Position numbers and translations under genes: made by a program. Below, one piece after another: positions 1 to 9,165 of a stretch of DNA of 64,000 bases; the stretch's first letter is position 1; each line of letters begins with the position of its first letter. The notes beneath the pieces are model-generated. The model saw only the letters and a list, made by a program, of their open reading frames with translations. It was not told the DNA's origin and searched no databases. The DNA comes from an uncultured Verrucomicrobiae bacterium (GTDB taxonomy: Bacteria; Chlamydiota; Chlamydiia; Chlamydiales; Rhabdochlamydiaceae): the NCBI GenBank assembly GCA_963806855.1, contig CAWDYW010000003.1, positions 224,001 to 288,000 on the forward strand, given 5' to 3'.

Positions 1-8
1 TCTTGGCC

Positions 9-74
9 CTATTCGAATTGCAATTTTTGAGCCGACGCTTTGCAGGGCTGTCTCAAAAATTGCAATTCGAATAG
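9..74. repeat. Palindromic element with 23-bp perfect inverted repeat arms (9-31 / 52-74)
   Basis: ctattcgaattgcaatttttgag ... ctcaaaaattgcaattcgaatag read directly; 20-nt spacer. Confidence 0.85.
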
Positions 75-251
75 ATCCAAAATCTTTTTGAACTCGAAGC
101 CAAAAAAAAGTGGAACATCTAGATTTAGCATTATTCAATGTTACTCACTGATTTACAGCAATTTAAATCCAATTCTGCATATTTTTTTCAAGGACTTACG
201 TAATGCCTGGAATAGTTTTTATGTTCAAAATATCTTGAAAAACGAAATAAT

Positions 252-1046
252 ATGAACATGAAAACTATTCTGGACTACATTCTCAAACTCCGAGCAGTTG
301 GCGAATATTTTTTTTCTAAGGAAAAGGCTTTGCTCGATCTTGGCCTCTCCGAAAGACAATTTCACCAGCAGATATTTCGATTACGACAAAAGAGGGCCAT
401 TCAAAATTTAGTACGGGGATTTTATATGATTATTCCCCCTGAATATAGTCATCTAGGATCTTTGCCCGCGGAATGGATCATTGATCCTCTGATGAAATTT
501 CTACACTATGATTACTACATAGGACTTCTAAGTGCCGCTGCACTTTATGGATCTACTCAGCAACAACCAATGGTTTTTCAGGTTGTTACAAATAAACGAA
601 TGAAGATAATCAAACTAAAGCGCGGTAATATTGATTTTCATTATTATAAAGAATTTTCATTAGCTATTAAAGAAGATACCCCTTTCCCAACAGGTTATGC
701 AAAAATCTCTTCAAAAGAACAAACATTAGTCGATCTTGTGCGATTTTATAAAGTATGTGGATACATGAGCAATGTGGCGCACATTATTCAAGATTTAGGT
801 GAGAGCTGTAAAACAGAGGCTTTAAGCAAAGTAGTGAAATTAGAAAAAATGAATTCCGTGCTGCAACGTCTAGGTTACATCCTTGAATTTGGGGGACATC
901 CTGAACTCGCTGCAGTGGTTGAACAAGAACTCAATACACGAAAAATCTTTGAAACTCAACTTCGCCCTGATCATCATATTAAGACAGGGGAGCGCAGTCA
1001 CCGTTGGAAATTAATCCTCAACGATACCTTGGAGCTTGATGAATGA
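252..1046 (+). CDS. Type IV toxin-antitoxin antitoxin, AbiEi family (wHTH)
   Basis: Motifs RGFYMIIPPEY, YYIGLLSAAALYG, QQPMVFQVVT, SKEQTLVDL, QRLGYILE and RWKLILN are typical of AbiEi; ATGA overlap with the downstream gene. Confidence 0.85.
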   Translation: MNMKTILDYILKLRAVGEYFFSKEKALLDLGLSERQFHQQIFRLRQKRAIQNLVRGFYMIIPPEYSHLGSLPAEWIIDPLMKFLHYDYYIGLLSAAALYGSTQQQPMVFQVVTNKRMKIIKLKRGNIDFHYYKEFSLAIKEDTPFPTGYAKISSKEQTLVDLVRFYKVCGYMSNVAHIIQDLGESCKTEALSKVVKLEKMNSVLQRLGYILEFGGHPELAAVVEQELNTRKIFETQLRPDHHIKTGERSHRWKLILNDTLELDE

Positions 1047-1870
1047 TACTCAAAAAATTTATTCTTGAATGGACTGAAATTGTCCCCTGGCGAACACAAA
1101 TACAGATAGAGCAAGATTTAATCATTTCAGTTGCTCTTTTAAAGATCTATTCTCATCCTCAGTTGGGCACCTCTATCGCCTTCCGAGGTGGCACTGCATT
1201 AAATAAGCTGTTTTTCCACCCACCTACTCGGTATTCTGAAGATATCGATCTTGTTCAAACAACAGCTGAGCCAATCGGTAGAACTCTCGATCATATACGA
1301 GAAGTATTGGACTCATGGTTAGGGGAACCGAAACGAATTTTTTCCAATGGTCGAGTCACTTTAATTTATCGCATTCAAAGTGAACAAGACTATCCGATAA
1401 AACTGAAAATTGAGATCAATAGTCGGGAACACTTTGCAATTCTCGGTTTCCAAGATTATCCATTCACTTGCAACTCCTCATGGATTTCAGGTACGACCAA
1501 TATTCGAACATTCAAAATCGAAGAATTGCTTGGTACTAAAATGCGTGCTCTTTATCAAAGACGTAAAGGACGTGACCTGTATGATCTATATATTGCCCTC
1601 ACAACACTCCCCCAATTGGATCGCCAAGCTATCGTTCATTGCTTTAAAGAATATATTTCCTTTGAGGGCAACTCGATCTCCAAGAACCTGTTTTTAGAAA
1701 ATATGGCTCTCAAACTCCAAAACAATGAATTTCGGGAAGATATTATTCCCTTGCTGCCTAGGCAAAATGAAGCCTATAACGTAGAAACAGCCTATCAATA
1801 CGTGCAGGGAAATTTATTGAACCATTTGGAGTCCGAAGAATATGCGCAAAATATCTTCTCAAAAACATGA
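1043..1870 (+). CDS. Type IV TA toxin, AbiEii/AbiGii nucleotidyltransferase
   Basis: FRGGTALNK, RYSEDIDL, KLKIEIN and KMRALYQRRKGRDLYD are AbiEii signature motifs. Confidence 0.9.
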   Translation: MILKKFILEWTEIVPWRTQIQIEQDLIISVALLKIYSHPQLGTSIAFRGGTALNKLFFHPPTRYSEDIDLVQTTAEPIGRTLDHIREVLDSWLGEPKRIFSNGRVTLIYRIQSEQDYPIKLKIEINSREHFAILGFQDYPFTCNSSWISGTTNIRTFKIEELLGTKMRALYQRRKGRDLYDLYIALTTLPQLDRQAIVHCFKEYISFEGNSISKNLFLENMALKLQNNEFREDIIPLLPRQNEAYNVETAYQYVQGNLLNHLESEEYAQNIFSKT

Positions 1871-1882
1871 CTGGGGGTACCT

Positions 1883-2518
1883 CTATAGATAAAATGAAAC
1901 CGGTTGGTGGACTGGAGCATAGTTTTCATTCATATGAGAGATGTTGAGCAGGGTGACTCCTTCTTTCTCGACCTTGCCAAACCCTTCATGGATATGCCCA
2001 AAGATATGCAGGCGGAGATTCGGCAATTGCTCAATTCTTTTGGCCAGGGTCGTTGATCCTACAGAGAGGATTTTTCCGCTAAACATGTCTTCAATATGAT
2101 CCAAATAGCCATGGGGAGGGGAATGGGTCATTAAAATATGGATGTCCTCTGGTATCAGAGCCCATTTTTCAGCTAGCTGCTCTTCCGTATCAAATGTGAA
2201 TGCCTTGCAATGGGGATTCATCCTCGGAAAGGTCTTTGTCCACGGAGAGCCCCAGATTTTTAGCCCTTCAAATTCTGTTGCAGAATCGCACAAGTACTCC
2301 CAAGTGTCTTGATGTAGAGTGCGAAAAAGGAGGTAATTGTCATGGTTACCGGCAATGAAGATCTTTTTTCTATATGCTTGCGCCTCTAACCACTGAAACC
2401 ACTGGGCCCATTCTCTTGGAGTGTCCCGTCCGGTCATGTCCCCAGCGATCAGTAAGAGATCACCCCCGGGGAGCTTAGGGAAACAGCCATGCAGATCAGA
2501 GATGCAGGTGATATTCAT
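1883..2518 (-). CDS. Metallophosphoesterase (calcineurin-like)
   Basis: Motifs SDLHG, AGD, GNHD, THSPP and FGHIHE; start placed at ATG 2518, which overlaps the upstream stop (ATGA). Confidence 0.88.
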   Translation of the reverse strand: MNITCISDLHGCFPKLPGGDLLLIAGDMTGRDTPREWAQWFQWLEAQAYRKKIFIAGNHDNYLLFRTLHQDTWEYLCDSATEFEGLKIWGSPWTKTFPRMNPHCKAFTFDTEEQLAEKWALIPEDIHILMTHSPPHGYLDHIEDMFSGKILSVGSTTLAKRIEQLPNLRLHIFGHIHEGFGKVEKEGVTLLNISHMNENYAPVHQPVSFYL

Positions 2519-2895
2519 TTTTTCGGTGGATCCCATTTATATAATGCCCCTTTAATCTCCTTAGTGCGGTAGATCCACGGGTCGCCATTTTCCCGCAGGA
2601 GCCGATCGCAGCCCATGATGTAGCCTTTGCAGAAGCCATATTCGCGGATGGCCTGGAGCATATACTGGGAAGAGGTGGGGCGAAAGTGGCTGCGCGGGCC
2701 AGTGGTGTGGGTGAGGACGTTATGATGGAATAGGATCACCTGCTCGGCGAGAAGCCCCATCGGCGAAAGCTTGCGGGAAGTTTTGGAGGAGGCGGTATGG
2801 GTCCGCAGGTCGGCGTCTTTGCCCCAGGGCTCCACATAGCCAATCTCGGCGAAGAGGGTGAAGGGTAGAAGAAGAAGGAGGATTTTAAAAAGCAT
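2515..2895 (-). CDS. yidD: Membrane protein insertion efficiency factor YidD-like, chlamydial type with N-terminal hydrophobic segment
   Basis: FRPTSSQYMLQAIREYGFCKGYIMGCDRLLR matches the YidD core; start uncertain (2895-2931). Confidence 0.7.
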   Translation of the reverse strand: MLFKILLLLLPFTLFAEIGYVEPWGKDADLRTHTASSKTSRKLSPMGLLAEQVILFHHNVLTHTTGPRSHFRPTSSQYMLQAIREYGFCKGYIMGCDRLLRENGDPWIYRTKEIKGALYKWDPPKK

Positions 2896-3021
2896 ATTTA
2901 AAGTGTGGTTTGCGCAATCTTTCATATTCACATTACTTCTTATTTTTTTTTAAATCCAGCGACTTTTTCTTGAGCTTTTTATGGTCATCATCTTATCATA
3001 GATAAAAAAATAGTTTAACTT

Positions 3022-4047
3022 ATGACAGATAATCCAGCCAATAGTAGTCAACTCCTATTCTATCAGACAGAAGATGGGCACCAACGGATTGAGGTGCGCT
3101 TATTCGATGGAACTGTCTGGTTAAACCAAAAATTGCTGGCGGAGCTTTTTGGGGTAGGAGTCAATACCATAAACTACCATATCAAAGAGATATACAATGA
3201 TAAGGAGCTTTTTCCAGAAGCAACTATTCGAAAATATCGAATAGTTCAAACGGAAGGCAAACGGCAAGTCTATCGTGAAGTAGATTTTTATGATTTAAAA
3301 ATGATCCTGGCTATTGGATACCGAATTCGTTCCCACCGAGGGGTGCAATTTCGCCAATGGGCAACCGAGAAATTGCAAGAGTTTGTTATCAAAGGGTTTG
3401 CATTAGATGATGAGCGGTTAGGCAGTCCAGGAGAATTCTCTTATTTCGATGAGCTTTTAGATCGCATTCGGGCTATTCGTGCATCGGAAAAGCATTTCTA
3501 CCAAAAGATACGAGATATTTATACTCTTAGTGCTGATTATGATCCCCAGCATTCTATGACCCAAGATTTCTTCAAGACTGTACAAAATAAACTCCTGTAT
3601 GCTGTAACTGGATTTACTGCTGCTGAAATTATTCATAAGAGAGTCAATGCTGATCAACCAAATCTCGGTCTTATGTCTTGGGATGGAGCTAAGCGAGGGA
3701 AAAAAATTACAAAACGAGATGTAGAAATCGCAAAGAACTATTTACATCATGACGAGCTGAAAAATTTAGAGCAGCTAGTAAGCCAATACTTGGATTTTGC
3801 AGAAAGACAAGCTCGTCAGCGTAAGATCATGTATATGTCTGATTGGAAGACTAAATTGGATGCCTTTCTTTCATTGAACGATGAGAGAATATTAACTCAT
3901 GCAGGGTCTATCTCGGCAGAAATTGCAAAAGATCTAGCTTTCTCAGAACTTGAAAAATACGAAGAGCATCATAAAGCTGAAGAACTAGTGCAAAGCGCTT
4001 TGCAGCTAAGTGACACGATTCAGAAAATGATATCCAACACCGAATAA
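3022..4047 (+). CDS. Virulence RhuM family protein (putative DNA-binding)
   Basis: Motifs TVWLNQ..LAELF, IGYRIRSHRGVQFRQWA, YFDELLDRIRAIRASEK, FFKTVQNKL and IAKNYL. Confidence 0.88.
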   Translation: MTDNPANSSQLLFYQTEDGHQRIEVRLFDGTVWLNQKLLAELFGVGVNTINYHIKEIYNDKELFPEATIRKYRIVQTEGKRQVYREVDFYDLKMILAIGYRIRSHRGVQFRQWATEKLQEFVIKGFALDDERLGSPGEFSYFDELLDRIRAIRASEKHFYQKIRDIYTLSADYDPQHSMTQDFFKTVQNKLLYAVTGFTAAEIIHKRVNADQPNLGLMSWDGAKRGKKITKRDVEIAKNYLHHDELKNLEQLVSQYLDFAERQARQRKIMYMSDWKTKLDAFLSLNDERILTHAGSISAEIAKDLAFSELEKYEEHHKAEELVQSALQLSDTIQKMISNTE

Positions 4048-4057
4048 CTTCCTAATT

Positions 4058-5014
4058 TTAAAACGCATAGTTGAGTCTAAAGATTGGGAAGAGCCCTTCG
4101 CAGTTCATCATGGGGTTGGCAAGTCGCTCATAGAGCCGTTCGTTGTAGAATTTGGCTTCGTTGGCGGCGCCGTAGATGCCGCCGAAGTACCAGCCGGCTT
4201 CGAAGCTGGTGGTGATGATGCCGGCGTAGATCGGGCCATGGATGAAGAAGTAGACGGAGGAGGCGATGAAGAGGCCGTTGACGAGGAAGGCGGAGGCGGC
4301 GGTTTGCCTTTGGCCGAGGTAGAGGTAGCCTGCGCCGGGGATGATGGAGTTAAGGACGGCGGCGGTCGTGGGCGACTTCTTTTCGGTCTCGTAGCAGCAG
4401 AGGAGGTTGCGCAGGTAGGGGCGCTCGGGCGGGCAGGCGGCGAAGTGATCGAGGGTGGGGAAGTCGGCGGACTGGAGGGCGGAGGAGAGGGCCAGGGTGT
4501 CGTAGTCTTCGGGGTAGTATTGCCTAATCAGTTCGAGGATTTGGGCCGATTGAGCGCAGTCGTCCAGTTGCAGGTAGGTGTCGTAGAGGACGATCAAGAG
4601 GTCGTGGAAGGCGGGGAAGTCGGGGGTCACTTGGAAGAGGGGGCTATTTTGGTAGGCTTGGACCACTTCGTCGAACTTTTGGCCGAGGTAATAGCAGAGG
4701 AGGATCTCGTAGGCCATCTCGAGTTTGCGGCCGCTCTCTTCGGTAGGGACGAGGATCTCGGCGCGGCGGAAGGCGGTGATCGCTTGGTAGAGGTCGAGGC
4801 TGCGGGCGAAGCTGATGCCGATCTGGTACTCAGCGCCCCATTGGGTCCGCTTTTCGGCAGGAGTGAGTTCGGGGAAGGGGTGGGGGAGCTGCCGCAGGTA
4901 CCGATCTTGGACCACGTAGTTGATTTTAGGCTCGATTTCTTTAGGGACGCGGTAGCAAGAGCCTAGGGTGAGGCTAATTGCAATAAGGGTTCCTAACTGT
5001 ATCGATCGCTTCAT
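4058..5014 (-). CDS. Conserved chlamydial TPR-like lipoprotein/membrane protein
   Basis: Lipobox-like LGSC after a hydrophobic stretch, helical repeats (YQAITAFRRA), C-terminal KSP..AAVLNSIIPGAGYLY membrane motif; start placed at MKRSIQ (5014). Confidence 0.65.
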   Translation of the reverse strand: MKRSIQLGTLIAISLTLGSCYRVPKEIEPKINYVVQDRYLRQLPHPFPELTPAEKRTQWGAEYQIGISFARSLDLYQAITAFRRAEILVPTEESGRKLEMAYEILLCYYLGQKFDEVVQAYQNSPLFQVTPDFPAFHDLLIVLYDTYLQLDDCAQSAQILELIRQYYPEDYDTLALSSALQSADFPTLDHFAACPPERPYLRNLLCCYETEKKSPTTAAVLNSIIPGAGYLYLGQRQTAASAFLVNGLFIASSVYFFIHGPIYAGIITTSFEAGWYFGGIYGAANEAKFYNERLYERLANPMMNCEGLFPIFRLNYAF

Positions 5015-8000
5015 CAATTTCTTCTTTAATAATTTGTTTCGAGCCCCAGTCTTTGAAGTTCTGTTCCGCATTTTGCGTGACTCGCTCATATTCTTCAATA
5101 GAATCGATGATCACGGGACGAATAAAGAAGATGACGTTGTTGCGGGAATTGAGTCGGTCGTTCTCGCTGAAGATGGCCCCAATGACTGGCAGGCCTCCTA
5201 GGCATGGGATCCCGGACCTGAAGTGGGACTTGGTGTCTTGGATCACGGCGCTTAAGGCAACAAAGTGTTTATCTGGGACGTGGACCCGGGCGTTAAGGGC
5301 AGTGCGGCTGGTTTGCAATCCTTGGATGTTGGCATTGGAGCCCTGGTTTGTAGTGTTGGCCACTTGGGCTGTGATTTCATTGGAGATATCGAGGGTAATG
5401 ATGTCGTTCATTCCCAGAATCGGGGTAATCGATAGGCTAATGCCGACGTCGCGGTATTCAATGTTGGTCTGAGTTTGGCTCGCGCCCACTCCAGTGGTAT
5501 TGACTTGTGAGCCAGAAAAGGGGATGTTTTGTCCGACGAAAATGGTCGACTGCATGTTGTCTTGCGCGATGATTTTGGGGTTCATCACGATGACAGCATC
5601 GCCATCTCCTTGAATGGCGCTGACGAGGGAGGCGAGCGAAATAAACGATTTCCCTTTGTGGAGGATGATATCGCCGATCACTCCAAGGTCGAATCCACCG
5701 GGGAGTGAACCGGCACCTCCGTTAGTGCCTGCAACATTTGAAACGGGGTTAGGTATATCAGTTGGAAGTGGCGTTCTTGTTTGATTGACTGCACCTAGAC
5801 CAGTTGAAAGGGGAGTATTACCAGCTTGAGCTGTAAGTGGGTTTGAGGTAGGGAAGTTACTGACGCCGCCGGCGAAGCGGTTGAGATATTGGAATTTGCT
5901 GCCCCACTGCAATCCGAAAGACTGGGTGTTGGCCATCTGGGTTTCGATGATGAGCACTTCGATGAAGACTTGGCGCAGGGGGACGTCGATATTTTGGATA
6001 AGCTCTTTGAGTTGGGTAAGGACTTCGGGGGTTCCGGTGGCCAGGAGCGAGTTGGTCATTTTGATCCACTGGAGCGAGTTGATCGCTGCCAATAAATCTG
6101 AAACAGTATGGGGATTGGCGGTCGAGAGGTCGGCGCCTACTTTTTTGAGTGTCTCTTGCAGTTCGGACCCTTGATGGTATTGCAATTTATAGACGAGGAA
6201 GCTGGTCTCTAATTTATTGAGTGCAGTGACAGTTCCAACGCCGGTAATATCAAATTTTTGGAGCAGCTCGCGCACTTTCTCGACCGATTTTTCATCCCCA
6301 GAGATGAGGATATAGCCGGTTCGTTCGATGTATTTGAGGCCGTTGATAGTATCGAAGAGGTTGGGTTCACGCACGCCGGTTTGCTGCAAGTTCTTTTCGA
6401 AATCGCGCATCATTTCGACCAGCTCAGGGCCGCTGACATTGACCGGTTTGTAGACGACATAGGAGCCAGGTTGCCGAGCGAGTTCGCCGATGGCGCCGCC
6501 AGGATTGTCGAGTTGTTTGAGCAGGGTGCCGATTTGGTCGAGAGCAGCAGCGGGACCGGTGAACATGAGTGAGTTGCTCTCTTTGATCTCTTTGACAGTG
6601 TGGATGGCGGTCGAGACGGCTTTATTTTTAATCGAGTCGGTCTTGTCTAGATTTTGAGCGACGTTGCTCAGCAGTTGCATGAGTTTGTCTATCGGCACGT
6701 AGCGCACTTTATAGACGAGGAAGGTTTGGGCGCCTAGTTGGGTGGACTCTTTTCTGGTCGCTCCGACTACATCGATGGTGGAGATGATCTCTTTGGTCTT
6801 CTCGAGCGATTCGGGGACGCCGGTAAAGAGGAGCGAATTGGTCAGCTCGACAGCGCGCATGGTGTCGATCGACTGGAGCAGGTTCGGATCGACGAGCCCT
6901 GAGTTTTTCAGGTCGTCCGCGGTCTCTCTCAGCGCCTCTTCAAGCTCGGAAGGACTGAGGTTAACTGGCTTGTAGATGAAGAAGGAGGTCTTCTCATAGA
7001 TAGGAGGAACGGCATCTTTGTCATCGAATTGGCTGACTAGTGCTTTGACCTCTTCGACAGCCCGCTGTGTTCCTGTGAGCAGAAGGGCGTTGGTGTCGCG
7101 GAGCACAGTCGCATGGTCGATCACATAGACGATCGCTTTTTGCTCAGGATCTTTCTCAGGGAGGCTCTTGGCGATTTTTTCGAGGTGATCGATCACATCG
7201 TCGCCGCGGGCAAACTTGAGCTTATAGAGATAGTAGGCATTGGAGATCGCTTGCGCCTCTTTGGGGGTGTCGATGCTCTTGAGGAACGAGTCGATTTTGG
7301 TGATGGTCGCAGGGTCGGCCTTGAATAAGAAGATCTGACTATCCGGGATCCAGGTGAGGTGGTCGATGGCTTTGGCGAGATTTTTGTCGGAGAGGTTTTT
7401 GTGGTCGAGCTTGTCGGCCAGCTCATCGAGGGCCTGTTCGATCTGCTGATTAGAGATGTTTTTGGGCTTATAGAGGTAGATCTGAGAGGGGGCTCCTGAG
7501 GCGACATCGACCAATTTAATGATCAGTTGGATGCTGTCGAGCGATGAGGGGTTGCCCGTAAAGAGGAGTGTATTAGTCGAGGCGACCCATTTCATCGTCC
7601 GGAGGGAATTGAGGAAAGAGGGATCGTTAAGCCCCGATTCGCAAAGGTTGGTACCCACTTTTGCCAGCGCCTCTTCGAGCTCTCTGCCGCTTAAGAATTG
7701 GGGAGTGTAGAGCCAGAAATGGCTGGTGGGCGAGGAGGTGGCCGCTGCTGAATCAAAGTTGGGGAGGAGGTCTTTCAATTTTTTGAGCGCATCGTCAGAG
7801 CCTGTGAAGACAAGGGAGTCGCTCTCTTTGATGTAACGGAGGCTCGAGATCGCATCGATTAAATCCCGATTTGTGCTCCCCTTCTTCAAGCTTTTAGTCA
7901 GCTCTTCGAGTGAGGCTTCGATCTGCTCACGACCCGCTTTTTGAATTTTATAGACGAAGTAATCGCTTGTAACAGAGGTCGTATCGAGAGTCTTGATTAG

Positions 8001-9104
8001 CTCTTCCAATTTCGGCTGGGTCATCAAATCGGTGACAAAAAGAATCGAATTGGAATCTTTAACCCATTTGGCCGATTTAAAAGCCGCGATCAATTTGGCC
8101 GATTGGGGCCCGGTCCCTTCTAATTCGCTGCCTACCTGTTTGAGCGCATCGAGCAGCTCAGGCGCCGATTTGTTGACGAGCGGATAAAGGAAAACCTGAT
8201 CGCCAAGCGGGCCGCGAGCATTTTTCGGCTTGCTGTCGAGATCTTCCATCACCGCGATCGACCGCTCGATCAAATAAGGGGTCGAGACGATGAAAATCGA
8301 GTTGGTTTCCACTTGCGGGACATAAATCAACGGATTCTCTTCAGCAAACGGTTGCACCAGCTGCCTAGTGAGTGCGATCAATGCATCGGCCGACATATTG
8401 TGCGCTCTGAATGTCTCAATATCCAAAGGAGAGTGGTTCGAATCGAGCGTAACGAGCAGATTGGCGATCTTGTCGACATTCGTTGAGATGTCGGTGACGA
8501 TCAGCTGCCGCGTTTCCGGTGAGACGTCGAGCATCGCCCCTTTTGAGATCATTGGCCGGATGATATTGGCAACCGAGGTGAGGCTTGCATTTTGGATCCT
8601 AAATACCCGCGTGATGATCGGCGAGTCGAGCTTGTTATTTGGATGCTCAGGGGTCACCAGCGTCGCAATTTGATTGATGTCGTTACTTTTTGTGATGAGC
8701 AAGGTGTTGTCCTGCTCGAGCAAAGTAAATCCGCGGGCTCTTAGCGTTTGAATCAGAGCAGACAAAATGTTTTGAACCGTGAGAGGATCTTCAGACACCA
8801 CCGTGATGTTGAAGTTCATGTCGCCTTCTTCATATTGGAAATTGAGATTGGCGATTTTGCCGACAAAGCGCAAGTATTCGACGATCGACACGCTCTTGAA
8901 GTTGATCACATACTTGTCTTCATCTTCATTCTTGCCAATGAGCGACCAGGCGACTAAATCATTTGAATCGGAGGGTTCTGCATTCGAAGCGAGAAATGCA
9001 TCGTCATCATATTCGTCAAAATCTTGAGAATAGGCGGAAGAGAAGAGTAAAAATGCAGGAAGTAATTTAATAAAAATTTTCGTCTGCTTGCGCATTTTTA
9101 TCAT
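4974..9104 (-). CDS. sctC: Type III secretion outer-membrane secretin SctC/CdsC, unusually long (1376 aa)
   Basis: Signal peptide, N0 domain (INFKSVSIVEYLRFV), repeated N domains, secretin core (DVPLRQVFIEVLIIE, YRDVGISLSITP, SGIPCLGGLPVIGAIF); sits at the end of the cds locus. Confidence 0.9.
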   Translation of the reverse strand: MIKMRKQTKIFIKLLPAFLLFSSAYSQDFDEYDDDAFLASNAEPSDSNDLVAWSLIGKNEDEDKYVINFKSVSIVEYLRFVGKIANLNFQYEEGDMNFNITVVSEDPLTVQNILSALIQTLRARGFTLLEQDNTLLITKSNDINQIATLVTPEHPNNKLDSPIITRVFRIQNASLTSVANIIRPMISKGAMLDVSPETRQLIVTDISTNVDKIANLLVTLDSNHSPLDIETFRAHNMSADALIALTRQLVQPFAEENPLIYVPQVETNSIFIVSTPYLIERSIAVMEDLDSKPKNARGPLGDQVFLYPLVNKSAPELLDALKQVGSELEGTGPQSAKLIAAFKSAKWVKDSNSILFVTDLMTQPKLEELIKTLDTTSVTSDYFVYKIQKAGREQIEASLEELTKSLKKGSTNRDLIDAISSLRYIKESDSLVFTGSDDALKKLKDLLPNFDSAAATSSPTSHFWLYTPQFLSGRELEEALAKVGTNLCESGLNDPSFLNSLRTMKWVASTNTLLFTGNPSSLDSIQLIIKLVDVASGAPSQIYLYKPKNISNQQIEQALDELADKLDHKNLSDKNLAKAIDHLTWIPDSQIFLFKADPATITKIDSFLKSIDTPKEAQAISNAYYLYKLKFARGDDVIDHLEKIAKSLPEKDPEQKAIVYVIDHATVLRDTNALLLTGTQRAVEEVKALVSQFDDKDAVPPIYEKTSFFIYKPVNLSPSELEEALRETADDLKNSGLVDPNLLQSIDTMRAVELTNSLLFTGVPESLEKTKEIISTIDVVGATRKESTQLGAQTFLVYKVRYVPIDKLMQLLSNVAQNLDKTDSIKNKAVSTAIHTVKEIKESNSLMFTGPAAALDQIGTLLKQLDNPGGAIGELARQPGSYVVYKPVNVSGPELVEMMRDFEKNLQQTGVREPNLFDTINGLKYIERTGYILISGDEKSVEKVRELLQKFDITGVGTVTALNKLETSFLVYKLQYHQGSELQETLKKVGADLSTANPHTVSDLLAAINSLQWIKMTNSLLATGTPEVLTQLKELIQNIDVPLRQVFIEVLIIETQMANTQSFGLQWGSKFQYLNRFAGGVSNFPTSNPLTAQAGNTPLSTGLGAVNQTRTPLPTDIPNPVSNVAGTNGGAGSLPGGFDLGVIGDIILHKGKSFISLASLVSAIQGDGDAVIVMNPKIIAQDNMQSTIFVGQNIPFSGSQVNTTGVGASQTQTNIEYRDVGISLSITPILGMNDIITLDISNEITAQVANTTNQGSNANIQGLQTSRTALNARVHVPDKHFVALSAVIQDTKSHFRSGIPCLGGLPVIGAIFSENDRLNSRNNVIFFIRPVIIDSIEEYERVTQNAEQNFKDWGSKQIIKEEIDEAIDTVRNPYCN

Positions 9105-9165
9105 ACCGAGCTCTAAAAGGGAACTTAGTAGATTCGGGAATTATGCACAAGATCAACGAAAGAGA

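Noticed and set aside
4238..4966. Acidic Gly/Glu-rich 242-aa plus-strand ORF (similar ones at 31332-32054 and 56329-57123)
   Set aside because: They are antisense to well-supported genes, and their composition reflects the codon bias of the coding strand.
4974..9104. Type II secretion GspD instead of SctC
   Set aside because: No gspE/F or pseudopilin genes are nearby, and the gene sits at the cdsC position of the chlamydial cds locus.
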